A DNA stretch of 26,693 nucleotides from an uncultured bacterium (GTDB taxonomy: Bacteria; CAYUVA01): assembly GCA_964448115.1 (NCBI GenBank), contig CAYUVA010000010.1, positions 62,001 through 88,693 on the forward strand, read 5' to 3'. Positions within the stretch are counted from its first letter, which is position 1, and each line of letters opens with the position of its first letter. Shown here in pieces: positions 14,893 through 23,890 of the stretch. Below the pieces are notes generated by a model. It saw only the letters and a program-made list of their open reading frames with translations. It searched no databases and was not told where the DNA came from. The translations under genes were made by a program, and so were the position numbers.

Positions 14893-16947
14893 TCAGTTAA
14901 GCTGAATGAACCTCCCTTGATTTACGCCTATAAGAAATAATTCTTTCCTTGCCAGATTGCCCTCCAGGCGGTCGATAAATCCACTGGCTCCGATAAAGTT
15001 TTTTGTCTCCCTCAGGCACCGGTACAGATTCTCTCTTGAGCTGTTACCATCCCGGATGCAGTGTATCATCATCATGGCAGCATCATAAGCCTGGGCAGTA
15101 ATGATATCCGGATTCGATTTATAGCGTTGCCTATATTTAAGTACAAAGCTATGGGTATATGGATTATCGCTGTGCAGGAAAAAGCCATCAGCGAAGACTA
15201 CTGAATCGACATAATCATCTCCGATCTCGATCAGCTCTGTCGAATTCCACCCGTTCCACCCTAACAGGGCAACATCTTCGATCTCGTAATATAACAATTG
15301 AGGGATGATCTGTGCAGCCTTCTGGGCGTAATCAGGTATAAATAGACCGTCGAAATCTGCTTGTTTTAGCTGTTCAATAAGTCCCTTAAAGTCAGTGGCG
15401 GTTGGTTCATAAGGTAAAGCGATAGCCAGTTGCCCTCCCCTTTGAGATAGTCGATCTAAGAAATGCTCGGTGAGCAGCTTTCCTATTGGATTCTCTGGGT
15501 AAAGAACCGCCAAGTTATATATACCAAGAATGTCCACTGCGAAATCGACCATGGAATAAGCCTGATCTTGCATGGTAATTCCATTATAAAATAGGTAAGT
15601 AAGGTTGATGTCCTCAATAGGGGGCACGCCAGGGCTGATAGCTGCCGTCTGGTATTCCCCAAGCACGCCTTGTATAGCAATTACATATCGATTTAATAGA
15701 GGTCCGATGATCCCGATAGCTCCATCATCGATTATAAGCGACCTGGCGGCGGCAATTGATTGTTCGGCATCGCCACCGCTGTCTTCAACAACTATCTCTA
15801 TAGGAAAATCCTTAGCTCTGGCATTATACTCGGCGACTGCCAGTTCTATGCCTTGAAGGGCTTTTTCTCCAAAGCCGGCAGCAGCGCCGGTCAGTGGAAG
15901 CAAAACGCCAATGCGGTTCTTTTTTACCCGTTGGTTGAGCCTAGCTAGCTTGATTCGCTCTTCAACCCAATCCTGGTCGTAAATATCAAGCTTGCCATAG
16001 ATGCTCTCCAACCTGGCGAGCAATTCCAATTCAAGAGCGTATTCCTGTTTGGAGTCAAGATAGTCGATCAACTTGCGGGTGAAATAATACCCTAGCAGGG
16101 TGCCATCGAGCTTTTGGGATAGTTTTAGGTTTTGGGGAGACCCTGAATTATGAATGTAGATATCTATCAAGCCGAGAATAACCTCCTCATGTTGCTTGAG
16201 ATCTTCATCATCCATCATGATTAGGGTATCAGGAATCTCGGTAAACATTGAGCTAGAGGCTTGCAATTTTGCTAGCTTCAAGATTGCCTGGGAGTAGTTC
16301 TTAGTCTTTGGTGGTAAGTCAAGCGCCTGCTGATAGCTCTTGGCTGCTTTTTCGGTCAAGCCTAGTCTCAACTGGCAATCGCCTAGGTTGAGTAGGCTAT
16401 TAAGTAGTTCATCCGCTGTTTCGGCTTTAGCAACGAGCTGCTCATAGACTTTAGCCGCTGACTGGTAATCATTGATTTCCCTGTAAATCTTGGCAAGAAG
16501 CCCAAGCCCCTCGTTTTGTAGCTCTAACTGGTATCCATCTCTCGGCGTGAGCCTGGATAGTTTCTCCAGGGCGGATAGTGCGCCTATTAGATCAGATGAT
16601 CGGTATCGGCAATCACCCAGCATATACAGGGCTTTAATGTTGTTTTGGGCAATAAAGTACCTGTTGAAGAAACGATCCAGGTAATGGATCGATTGGTTGC
16701 AATCCCCTATTTGATAAGTGATCTTGGCTAATTGAAAGTTAGCTTGACCAGCAAATTCGCTCTCAGGATGCTGCTGAATGACCTTGTTATATACCGAGAT
16801 TGCCTCGTCTAGCTTACCTTGTTGAAGGTAATTCTCTGCGGTTTGGATATCTCTTTGCGACTTACTAATGGCACAGCTACTTAAAAACGCACAAGACAGC
16901 AGGAGAACAACCTGTAAAGCTCCAACTTTAGTAACTCGCATCATCAT
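14893..16947 (-). CDS. TPR lipoprotein with C-terminal type-1 periplasmic-binding-protein fold (LpoA/LppC-like penicillin-binding protein activator)
   Basis: Lipobox-like LLSC/FLSSC; N-terminal TPRs (VIQQHPESEFAGQANFQLAK); C-terminal RIGVLLPLTG, IIGPL, DGLFIPD, QAYDAA and FIGASG. Confidence 0.78.
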   Translation of the reverse strand: MMMRVTKVGALQVVLLLSCAFLSSCAISKSQRDIQTAENYLQQGKLDEAISVYNKVIQQHPESEFAGQANFQLAKITYQIGDCNQSIHYLDRFFNRYFIAQNNIKALYMLGDCRYRSSDLIGALSALEKLSRLTPRDGYQLELQNEGLGLLAKIYREINDYQSAAKVYEQLVAKAETADELLNSLLNLGDCQLRLGLTEKAAKSYQQALDLPPKTKNYSQAILKLAKLQASSSMFTEIPDTLIMMDDEDLKQHEEVILGLIDIYIHNSGSPQNLKLSQKLDGTLLGYYFTRKLIDYLDSKQEYALELELLARLESIYGKLDIYDQDWVEERIKLARLNQRVKKNRIGVLLPLTGAAAGFGEKALQGIELAVAEYNARAKDFPIEIVVEDSGGDAEQSIAAARSLIIDDGAIGIIGPLLNRYVIAIQGVLGEYQTAAISPGVPPIEDINLTYLFYNGITMQDQAYSMVDFAVDILGIYNLAVLYPENPIGKLLTEHFLDRLSQRGGQLAIALPYEPTATDFKGLIEQLKQADFDGLFIPDYAQKAAQIIPQLLYYEIEDVALLGWNGWNSTELIEIGDDYVDSVVFADGFFLHSDNPYTHSFVLKYRQRYKSNPDIITAQAYDAAMMMIHCIRDGNSSRENLYRCLRETKNFIGASGFIDRLEGNLARKELFLIGVNQGRFIQLN

Positions 16948-16969
16948 GAACCATCTTATCCTTTTGGGT

Positions 16970-17000
16970 AGAATATGACAAAAGGCGCTGATGCTGTCAA
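16970..17000 (-). promoter_or_regulatory. Possible promoter for the LpoA-like/kinase operon
   Basis: Minus-strand TTGACA (17000-16995) with -10 candidates CATATT (17-nt spacer, preceded by TGn) or TATTCT (19-nt spacer). Confidence 0.35.
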
Positions 17001-17065
17001 TTGGTCAGCCTTATAATACAGGATATCATTCATTCCGATGCTATGGTCTAGGAACGAATCCGATC

Positions 17066-17094
17066 TTGACACCAGGTTAGGAATAATCTAGTGT
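17066..17094 (+). promoter_or_regulatory. Sigma70-type promoter for the TPR/TolB-like lipoprotein
   Basis: TTGACA (17066-17071), 17-nt spacer, TAGTGT (17089-17094); a second TTGACA lies at 17101-17106. Confidence 0.5.
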
Positions 17095-17147
17095 ATCCAT
17101 TTGACATTAGACATGAAGGTTGCTTGTTAATATTGATTAAAGGTGCC

Positions 17148-18506
17148 ATGAGAACGGGAAGTAAGTTTCAAGCGGTTTGGCTGGTTCATCTGATGATTGT
17201 TTTCTCCCTGCTGCTCGCTGGATGCGAAGACAGAGCAAAGTACAATAGATCCGGAGACATCCTTAGAGCTCAAAAGCAATACGACAATGCCTTAATAGAG
17301 TATGAAAAGACCATCCGAGACTTTCCTGGCTCAAAGGAAGCAAAGGAGGCTAAAGCCAAGATAATCGGGTGCATCTTGGATTGGGGAGACCTAAAATTCA
17401 GACAGACCAAGTTCGAGGAAGCTGCTGACCTTTATGAACGAATCTTTAAGGAACACACGGAATCACCGGTCTCCATGACTAATATCCCCTCGGATCACAA
17501 ATATTTCAAGGAACTGAGTAAGGCAGCGAAAGGCTACCAGGAGGCGATCATCCTCGGTGCAAAGGAAGGGCTGGAATTCGCCAAGTTCGATTATGCATCT
17601 CGCTTGTTGAAAAGGGGAGAAAAGCTAAAAGATATCGAGCAGTTCTACCATAAACTTATGTATCATTATGATCTGATGGGAAAGCTCGCCTTCTCAAGCG
17701 GCAACCATGTCTATATATGTAATCCCGATGGCAGTGGAATCCAAAAGGTCATCAGGGGGATCTGGCCTAGACTATCCCCTGATGGAAAGAAGATCGTGTA
17801 TATAAATCCTCGTGTAAAAAAAACCAAAGGAAGCCTTCATTATTATGATCTTGAAACTAAAGAAGATAAGGTACTTTTCTCAGCCCCGGTCAGCTTTCAG
17901 CCCTTCTGGCTTCCATCTGGAGATAAAGTTTTAGTCAATAAAGGAACCCTGTTCCAGATCGTCTCTATCGATTTCAAGTATAAGAAGACACAATATAACA
18001 TGGGATTTGATAACTCCTTTGAAGTATTAAGTGACATCTCTCCTGATGGAAAGACTTATATAGCGATTACCAGGTGCGCTGCTGCAAATAAGCCATGTAT
18101 AACCAAGGTTGCCGGGGATTTTAGCTCTTTTACTGTGCTGCAATGTAATCTAGGCGAAAAGAACCTTAACATCTACGATGCCAGGTGGTCTCCAGATGGC
18201 TCCAAGGTTGCTTATGCATCCGATGATGGCATATATTTCCTCGAGGTTGTGGCTGGAAATACGCTGAGATTGCTCGATTATGGCTCCAAAGACTACCGCA
18301 CCCGTTCCCTTGCCTGGTCCCCAACCGGTCAGGTGCTTGCATTTACTAGCGAGAGAAAAAATGAGGATGGCTCTATTAACAAGGGAATATACTTCGTTAA
18401 TCTTAGACAAGATGTAGTGCAACTCGAGCTTGATGAAAAGATTATAAAAAATCTGGATACCAGGTGCATCAGTTGGAGTCGAGGATACCTGCACGATAAA
18501 GAATAG
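17148..18506 (+). CDS. Lipoprotein with N-terminal TPR-like helices and a C-terminal TolB-like (PD40) beta-propeller
   Basis: Lipobox LLAG-C; YEKTIRDFPGSKEAKEAK; blades PRLSPDGKKIVY, DISPDGKT, RWSPDGSKVAY and AWSPTGQVLAF. Start placed at ATG 17148 (AAAGG upstream, signal peptide length fits). Confidence 0.82.
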   Translation: MRTGSKFQAVWLVHLMIVFSLLLAGCEDRAKYNRSGDILRAQKQYDNALIEYEKTIRDFPGSKEAKEAKAKIIGCILDWGDLKFRQTKFEEAADLYERIFKEHTESPVSMTNIPSDHKYFKELSKAAKGYQEAIILGAKEGLEFAKFDYASRLLKRGEKLKDIEQFYHKLMYHYDLMGKLAFSSGNHVYICNPDGSGIQKVIRGIWPRLSPDGKKIVYINPRVKKTKGSLHYYDLETKEDKVLFSAPVSFQPFWLPSGDKVLVNKGTLFQIVSIDFKYKKTQYNMGFDNSFEVLSDISPDGKTYIAITRCAAANKPCITKVAGDFSSFTVLQCNLGEKNLNIYDARWSPDGSKVAYASDDGIYFLEVVAGNTLRLLDYGSKDYRTRSLAWSPTGQVLAFTSERKNEDGSINKGIYFVNLRQDVVQLELDEKIIKNLDTRCISWSRGYLHDKE

Positions 18507-18657
18507 TTGATAACCTGATAAAGCTGTAGTTGTTGATTGTGGCTAGTTCTGCAAAAAGCATGCAATAATAATTAGGGAATGTCGAGTTGAACAAGTATGA
18601 TCAAGTTCTTGTTTTTATCTTGCTTGAATCAAGTAAATCAGCATAGGGAGGTAATGA

Positions 18658-19005
18658 ATGTCTAATCTCAAGGTTCAGACCTGGGGTTGGTTCTTGCAGC
18701 GGATCACGGCTATTTTCCTGATGGTCGGGCTGCTTGTCCATTTCTGGGTGGTGCATTTTGTGATCGAAAGACCGCTCGATTTCGAGAAGGTCTTCAATCG
18801 AATCACCTCCAGCGTACTGTGGAGCGTCTTTGATCTGCTCCTGTTAGCAGCCGCCCTTTTCCATGCCTTAAATGGAATTTGGGGCATCTTCAAGGACTAC
18901 AACCCCTCTGAGAAGTGGAACAAGCGGGTGTATTGGGCGCTCTGGGTGGTTGGGATCATTTCCCTGTATGTCGGCGTAAAGATAATGCTCGGATTGACAA
19001 TCTAA
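18658..19005 (+). CDS. sdhD: Succinate dehydrogenase/fumarate reductase small membrane anchor (SdhD-like)
   Basis: WFLQRITA...LLVH...LFHALNGIWGIFKDY (SdhD-type DY motif), 3 TM; strong SD GGGAGGT. Confidence 0.8.
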   Translation: MSNLKVQTWGWFLQRITAIFLMVGLLVHFWVVHFVIERPLDFEKVFNRITSSVLWSVFDLLLLAAALFHALNGIWGIFKDYNPSEKWNKRVYWALWVVGIISLYVGVKIMLGLTI

Positions 19006-19026
19006 ATTGAATGGAGCGATGAGGTT

Positions 19027-19407
19027 ATGGAAAACAACAAGACTAATATAATTATAGGGTATCTTGAGGAGCTGAAGCTGAATATGAACAGCTCCATGAT
19101 CTCCTTTCTCATCCAGCGGATCACTGGCATATTTTTGGTGATCTACATGTTCTTGCACCTCTGGACGCTGAGCGCCATAAGAAACGGCGGTGATGCCTTC
19201 ACTCACTCCATGGCAAAGTTCGACAACCTTATCGGGCATTTCATGGAATGGGCACTTTTTATCTGCGTGTTGGCGCATATGATCAATGGCTTCAGGCTTT
19301 TGTGGGGCGATTTTTTCTATATAGACACCTTTCAAAAGAAGCTCACCCTTGGCGGTGTGGTCGTTCTGGTCATCGTCTCCATGTTCAGCCTTTGTGTATT
19401 TTTCTAA
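19027..19407 (+). CDS. sdhC: Succinate dehydrogenase cytochrome b subunit (SdhC-like)
   Basis: SFLIQRITG...FLHLW...LAHMINGFRLLWGD (SdhC-type HxxNGxRxLxxD), 3 TM. Confidence 0.8.
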   Translation: MENNKTNIIIGYLEELKLNMNSSMISFLIQRITGIFLVIYMFLHLWTLSAIRNGGDAFTHSMAKFDNLIGHFMEWALFICVLAHMINGFRLLWGDFFYIDTFQKKLTLGGVVVLVIVSMFSLCVFF

Positions 19408-19429
19408 CCGCTAGGGAGGTAAAACAAAC

Positions 19430-21157
19430 ATGAACTATCATGATGTAATAATAGTCGGCGGCGGGTTAGCTGGACTGAGAGCCGCGGTAGCTGTCAACCA
19501 GCACAACCTAAAAGCTGCCCTGATATCAAAGGTTCACCCCTTGCGTTCACACTCCATCGCTGCTCAGGGGGGCATAAACGGGGCGCTCGGAAACCATCCC
19601 CGCGGGGGCAATGATTCCCCAGAGAAGCACGCCTTTGATACGGTCAAAGGCTCCGATTATCTCGCCGACCAGGATGCTGCCCTTCGCATGTGCCAGGAAG
19701 CACCGGTAATCATCAGGGAGATGGAGCACTGGGGATGCCCATTTAGCAGAACCGTCGAGGGCAAGATCGCACAGAGACCATTCGGTGGAGCCGGCTTCCC
19801 CAGAACATGTTTCGCAGCAGATAAAACCGGTCATGTATTGCTCCATACCCTATATGAGCAGGCTGTACGTTACGAGGAGACCTCGGAACGGGGACAGATG
19901 ATATTCTACGATGAGTGGATGGTGATCGACATCGTAATCGAGGATAATCGCTGCACCGGCGTCATAGCAATGGAAATAGCCACCGGTAAGCTGGAAGCCA
20001 TAAGAGGTGGAGCGGTGATCTTTGCCACCGGCGGATCAGGCAGAACCTATGCTAACACCACAAATGCCCTGATCAGTACCGGGCTTGGCGTCGCCATACC
20101 TTATCGCAGGGGAGTGCCCCTGAAGGATATGGAGTTCGTGCAGTTTCATCCCACCACACTTTATGGCACCAACATACTTATGACAGAAGGGTGCCGTGGC
20201 GAGGGTGGATACCTGACCAATAGCCAGGGTGAACGCTTCCTGGCTAATTACGATGATTCAGCAAAAGCTATGGAAGTCGCCCCCAGGGATATCGTTGCCC
20301 GCAACATAACCAGGGAGATCCTAGCCGGCAGGGGGATCAAGGATGAATATGTAAACCTCGATATCAGGCACCTGGGAGAAAAAAAGATCATGGAAAGGCT
20401 CCCTGGCATCCGCGATATCTCCATTAACTTCGCCGGGGTCGATCCCATCAAGGATCCAATTCCAGTACAGCCAGGTCAGCACTACAGCATGGGCGGCATA
20501 GATACCAACATCGATAGCTTGACCATATTCGAGGGCTTGTACGCCGCTGGTGAGTGCGCCTGTATAAGCGTTCATGGCGCTAACCGGCTGGGGGGCAACT
20601 CGCTGCTTGATACCATCGTATTTGGAAAGATCGCTGGGAATCACGCCGCCGATTACGTGCTCAACAAACCAGCATCGACCAACACTAAACCACACGAAGC
20701 AATCCTGAAGGAGGTCGAGGCTAAGATAGAAAAACTCTTCGAGCCTACCGAAGGCGAGGATCCGGTTACGCTCAAGGATGAACTTGCCGAGCTGATGCCA
20801 AAAAAGGTCGGTATATTCAGAAACAAGAAGGACCTTGAGGAGGCAACCGCAAAAATAGCTGAGCTTAAGGAGCGATATAAGAAGACCAAGCTGCGCTATC
20901 GGGGCAAGACCGCCAACTTCGACCTTATATGGACATTGGAACTCGAAGGCAATCTCGATGCAGCCGAAGCAGTAGCAGTGGGAGCGCTCGCAAGGGAAGA
21001 GTGTCGCGGATCTCACTACCGAACCGACTTCGAGAAGCGCGATGATGAGAAATGGCTCAAGCACACCTTGGCTTATTACAATCCCAAGGGAGCACCAAAG
21101 CTCGAATACAAGCCGGTTACCATAATCAAATGGCAGCCCAAAGAGCGTAAATACTAA
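19430..21157 (+). CDS. sdhA: Succinate dehydrogenase/fumarate reductase flavoprotein subunit
   Basis: GGGLAG, covalent-FAD motif RSHSIAAQGG, QFHPT, TEGCRGEGG, APRD, HYSMGG and HGANRLGGNSL. Physiological direction (Sdh vs Frd) cannot be determined from sequence. Confidence 0.95.
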   Translation: MNYHDVIIVGGGLAGLRAAVAVNQHNLKAALISKVHPLRSHSIAAQGGINGALGNHPRGGNDSPEKHAFDTVKGSDYLADQDAALRMCQEAPVIIREMEHWGCPFSRTVEGKIAQRPFGGAGFPRTCFAADKTGHVLLHTLYEQAVRYEETSERGQMIFYDEWMVIDIVIEDNRCTGVIAMEIATGKLEAIRGGAVIFATGGSGRTYANTTNALISTGLGVAIPYRRGVPLKDMEFVQFHPTTLYGTNILMTEGCRGEGGYLTNSQGERFLANYDDSAKAMEVAPRDIVARNITREILAGRGIKDEYVNLDIRHLGEKKIMERLPGIRDISINFAGVDPIKDPIPVQPGQHYSMGGIDTNIDSLTIFEGLYAAGECACISVHGANRLGGNSLLDTIVFGKIAGNHAADYVLNKPASTNTKPHEAILKEVEAKIEKLFEPTEGEDPVTLKDELAELMPKKVGIFRNKKDLEEATAKIAELKERYKKTKLRYRGKTANFDLIWTLELEGNLDAAEAVAVGALAREECRGSHYRTDFEKRDDEKWLKHTLAYYNPKGAPKLEYKPVTIIKWQPKERKY

Positions 21158-21180
21158 TCGAGCCACAAAGGAGTAGCACG

Positions 21181-21897
21181 ATGGATAAATGCACCTTCAG
21201 AATATTAAGATTTGATCCCAAGGAGGGGAATGCGCCATATTACCAGGACTTCGTGGTGGAGATCACTCGCCAGGGATTTACCATCCTGGACGGGTTGTTT
21301 TACATTCTCAACAACTTGGATGGTTCGCTGGCTTTCAGGTCATCATGTCGAGCTGGGGTTTGCGGTTCCTGCGCTATGCATATAGATGGCAAATATAGAC
21401 TAGCCTGCGAGACGCAGATCACCTTCTGTAAGGGAGACCCGATTGTGATCCGCCCCTTGGCGCATCTGCCGATTATCAAGGATCTTATGGTCGATATGAA
21501 CCCGTTTTGGGAAAAGTATAAGTCAATTCGCCCATTTCTCATTCCAGGCGATGCTAATCCAGAAATAGAGCGTCTTCAGACCATAGATGAGCGTGCCAAG
21601 CTCGATGGAGTCATTGATTGTGTGCTCTGCGCAGCCTGCCATGCCTCATGCCCAATAACCGGTATGGATGAGAAATACCTGGGACCGGCAGTGTTAACCA
21701 AGGCGAACCGCTTCGTCTTGGACAGCCGAGACAAGAACACCAGGCAGAGACTTGAACTGGTAGGCGATGAGCATGGTATCTGGCGTTGCCACTCGGTCTA
21801 TAACTGCCAGGAGGTTTGTCCTAAGAAGATAAATCCCACAGGACACATCATGGATCTACGCCGGGCGGCTATGAAGCTCCTCTTCAAGGCGAGATAG
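21181..21897 (+). CDS. sdhB: Succinate dehydrogenase/fumarate reductase iron-sulfur subunit
   Basis: SCRAGVCGSC...LAC (2Fe-2S), CVLCAACHASCP (4Fe-4S type) and CHSVYNCQEVCP (3Fe-4S type). Confidence 0.95.
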   Translation: MDKCTFRILRFDPKEGNAPYYQDFVVEITRQGFTILDGLFYILNNLDGSLAFRSSCRAGVCGSCAMHIDGKYRLACETQITFCKGDPIVIRPLAHLPIIKDLMVDMNPFWEKYKSIRPFLIPGDANPEIERLQTIDERAKLDGVIDCVLCAACHASCPITGMDEKYLGPAVLTKANRFVLDSRDKNTRQRLELVGDEHGIWRCHSVYNCQEVCPKKINPTGHIMDLRRAAMKLLFKAR

Positions 21898-21944
21898 AAT
21901 AACGACACCCTAAATAAACAACCCAAAACAAACTAATTCGGGGA

Positions 21945-21981
21945 TTGGTAAGGCAGGCTCTTTGGAGAGCCTCCTTACCAA
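21945..21981. terminator. Long hairpin between convergent genes; candidate bidirectional terminator
   Basis: TTGGTAAGG-C-AGGCTCT (21945-21961), loop TTGG, AGAGCCT-CCTTACCAA (21966-21981): a 16-bp stem with one bulge and no immediate U-tract. Confidence 0.5.
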
Positions 21982-23825
21982 CCACGAACCTCAAATAGTA
22001 TTATGTTGTTTTTATGGTAAATAAGCTGCAACGGAAGGCTATATTCCAGGTAAATTTTAATCGATTTTAGGCGTTCCTTACTAAAAGGTAATGGATATTT
22101 ATTTTTAAACCTCGCTCTGTCATTATCTATGATGACATACCTGATGTCCCATTCCTTGGCTATTGCCTGGGCATCGGCTCTACAAGCTATTAGCTCCTCT
22201 CCAGTTGGCAGGTATCCATCCTGTACTTTGATCAGGTTATATAAAAAGGGGTGATCCACATACTGTGCTATGAGTTTATCATAAGGGATTCGTGCAATAT
22301 GCCCGCTGATCAACCGTTTTTGATGGATATATTGCCACATCTGAAAGCGAGCATACTCGTATCCAACACCGAAATATGCCCCCCAGAATCCGAATGGAAT
22401 GCCTAGCAGAACAGATTCATCTGTCCTTAAGCCAAGCATGTAATATGCTACATCAGCATCACATCGCTCCAGATGGACTAAAAGATTGGGCATTAGATCT
22501 AGCATCTCGCCGAGAAGCAGCATAAGCATCAAAAAAAAGGTGGTAATTTCCCTTAGACCATATTTTTTTATCTTTAATAACAGCATCATTTCTAATTCAG
22601 ATAGTATTACGCCAACAATGACCGCAGCAGATAATGTGAAAAGAACTATGATTCTGCCCGGTACTCGGTAAGCTGCGACCAGGGGAATATATTTAACCAG
22701 CGAGTATGGCAGCGGAAGTCCTGTATCAACACCTGCCACAACCAGCTTATTGCCCAGAGCGAGAATAAAAGAACAGCCTAATAATACAAACCATCTGGTC
22801 AAATATTTAAACTTCCTTATGGATATCAAGCCGATTGTGATTATCAACAAAGGCAGCAGACCAATATATAAGTTGTTGTACTCCATATATTGACCTATCG
22901 ATGGCTCGGGGATGTATTGTTTCCAAATACTCGATAATGCTGGATTTGGGGGATAGAGTAAAAAGGCAAGATCGGTAAACTCCTTAGCATTTGCGCCCTC
23001 GGTTAAGTACCATCCGTATCGGGAGACATCTTTTAGCAATGATGCGATCCAGGGGGATATAGAAATGGAGAACATCAAAATAACCATAACCAGATGTCTC
23101 ATCAGGCTCTTTGGATTAGCCATAGCGGCTTCAAATAGCTCCTTTCCAAATAAAACCATCAAAGCAAAAGCCAAAAAAAGGGTATAATTCAAATCTGTAA
23201 AAAATATTGAAGTAAAACAAGCCGAGAACAGTATGCTCCAGACAATTTTCTTATGTTTCACCCACATCAAAGCCACAAGTATAGTGATCGGAAAAAGCTC
23301 GGTGGCGTTGAAGTGTATCCATACCGAGTGACTCAAGCGCCAGGGGCTTAGGGTGAATAATGTAGCCCCGGCAACTGGACCGATGATAGCCATGTTTTGG
23401 TAGCTTTGTGTATATGAGGAGCGTCTTGAAATCACATTTATCAATAAGAAACAAAAGAAAAAGGTCAGCAGAAAGCTTGTGATGTGAATGATATTGTAGC
23501 CAACTATAGGATTATCCAAGAGCAATGAGATTAAGGCGAAACCTAATCCCAGTGCAAAATGATGTGTATGCAAAGATAGGCTGACGCCTTCTGGAGCCAG
23601 GATATAGTCGCTATAGAATGGACTTTCTCCGGCAAATAAAGCCTTTTTAGTCCACCATAGACTCCATATACTTGCCTGGGCATCGCCCATGCCGCCGAAT
23701 ACGCAGCCTGTGAAACACTGAAATAGTGGGTAGTATAATAAAATGGCAAGCGAGATTGCTATTAAGAACGCGATAAAAAGCCTTGTGCATTTTCTTGCGC
23801 CCTCGTTCATTTGGAATATTTTCAA
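21975..23825 (-). CDS. Polytopic membrane protein, GT-C-like (YfhO-like) putative lipid-linked sugar transferase
   Basis: About 11-13 hydrophobic segments; first loop GDAQASIWSLWW...PFY...APEG, later YIGLLPL and YRVPGR, and a soluble C-terminal domain ending DIRYVII. Start is TTG 23825 or ATG 23810. Confidence 0.65.
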   Translation of the reverse strand: MKIFQMNEGARKCTRLFIAFLIAISLAILLYYPLFQCFTGCVFGGMGDAQASIWSLWWTKKALFAGESPFYSDYILAPEGVSLSLHTHHFALGLGFALISLLLDNPIVGYNIIHITSFLLTFFFCFLLINVISRRSSYTQSYQNMAIIGPVAGATLFTLSPWRLSHSVWIHFNATELFPITILVALMWVKHKKIVWSILFSACFTSIFFTDLNYTLFLAFALMVLFGKELFEAAMANPKSLMRHLVMVILMFSISISPWIASLLKDVSRYGWYLTEGANAKEFTDLAFLLYPPNPALSSIWKQYIPEPSIGQYMEYNNLYIGLLPLLIITIGLISIRKFKYLTRWFVLLGCSFILALGNKLVVAGVDTGLPLPYSLVKYIPLVAAYRVPGRIIVLFTLSAAVIVGVILSELEMMLLLKIKKYGLREITTFFLMLMLLLGEMLDLMPNLLVHLERCDADVAYYMLGLRTDESVLLGIPFGFWGAYFGVGYEYARFQMWQYIHQKRLISGHIARIPYDKLIAQYVDHPFLYNLIKVQDGYLPTGEELIACRADAQAIAKEWDIRYVIIDNDRARFKNKYPLPFSKERLKSIKIYLEYSLPLQLIYHKNNIILFEVRGW

Positions 23826-23890
23826 TCAAGTGTTTGCGAAGGATAGCGATTTTCTCTTCGGGAAGGCATCACCGTGTAACTGTTTGATAC

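Noticed and set aside
17148-18506. Canonical tolB
   Set aside because: It has a lipobox and TPR-like N-terminus instead of the TolB N-domain, and there is no tol-pal context.
18540-18604. Possible sigma54 promoter (TGGC...TGCA) or FNR box (TTGA...TCAA) upstream of the sdh operon
   Set aside because: The GG-to-GC spacing is 8 rather than 10 nt, and the TTGA/TCAA spacing is 10 rather than 6 nt.
20321-21166. 281-aa minus-strand ORF
   Set aside because: Almost entirely antisense to the highly conserved sdhA, with no protein-family features.
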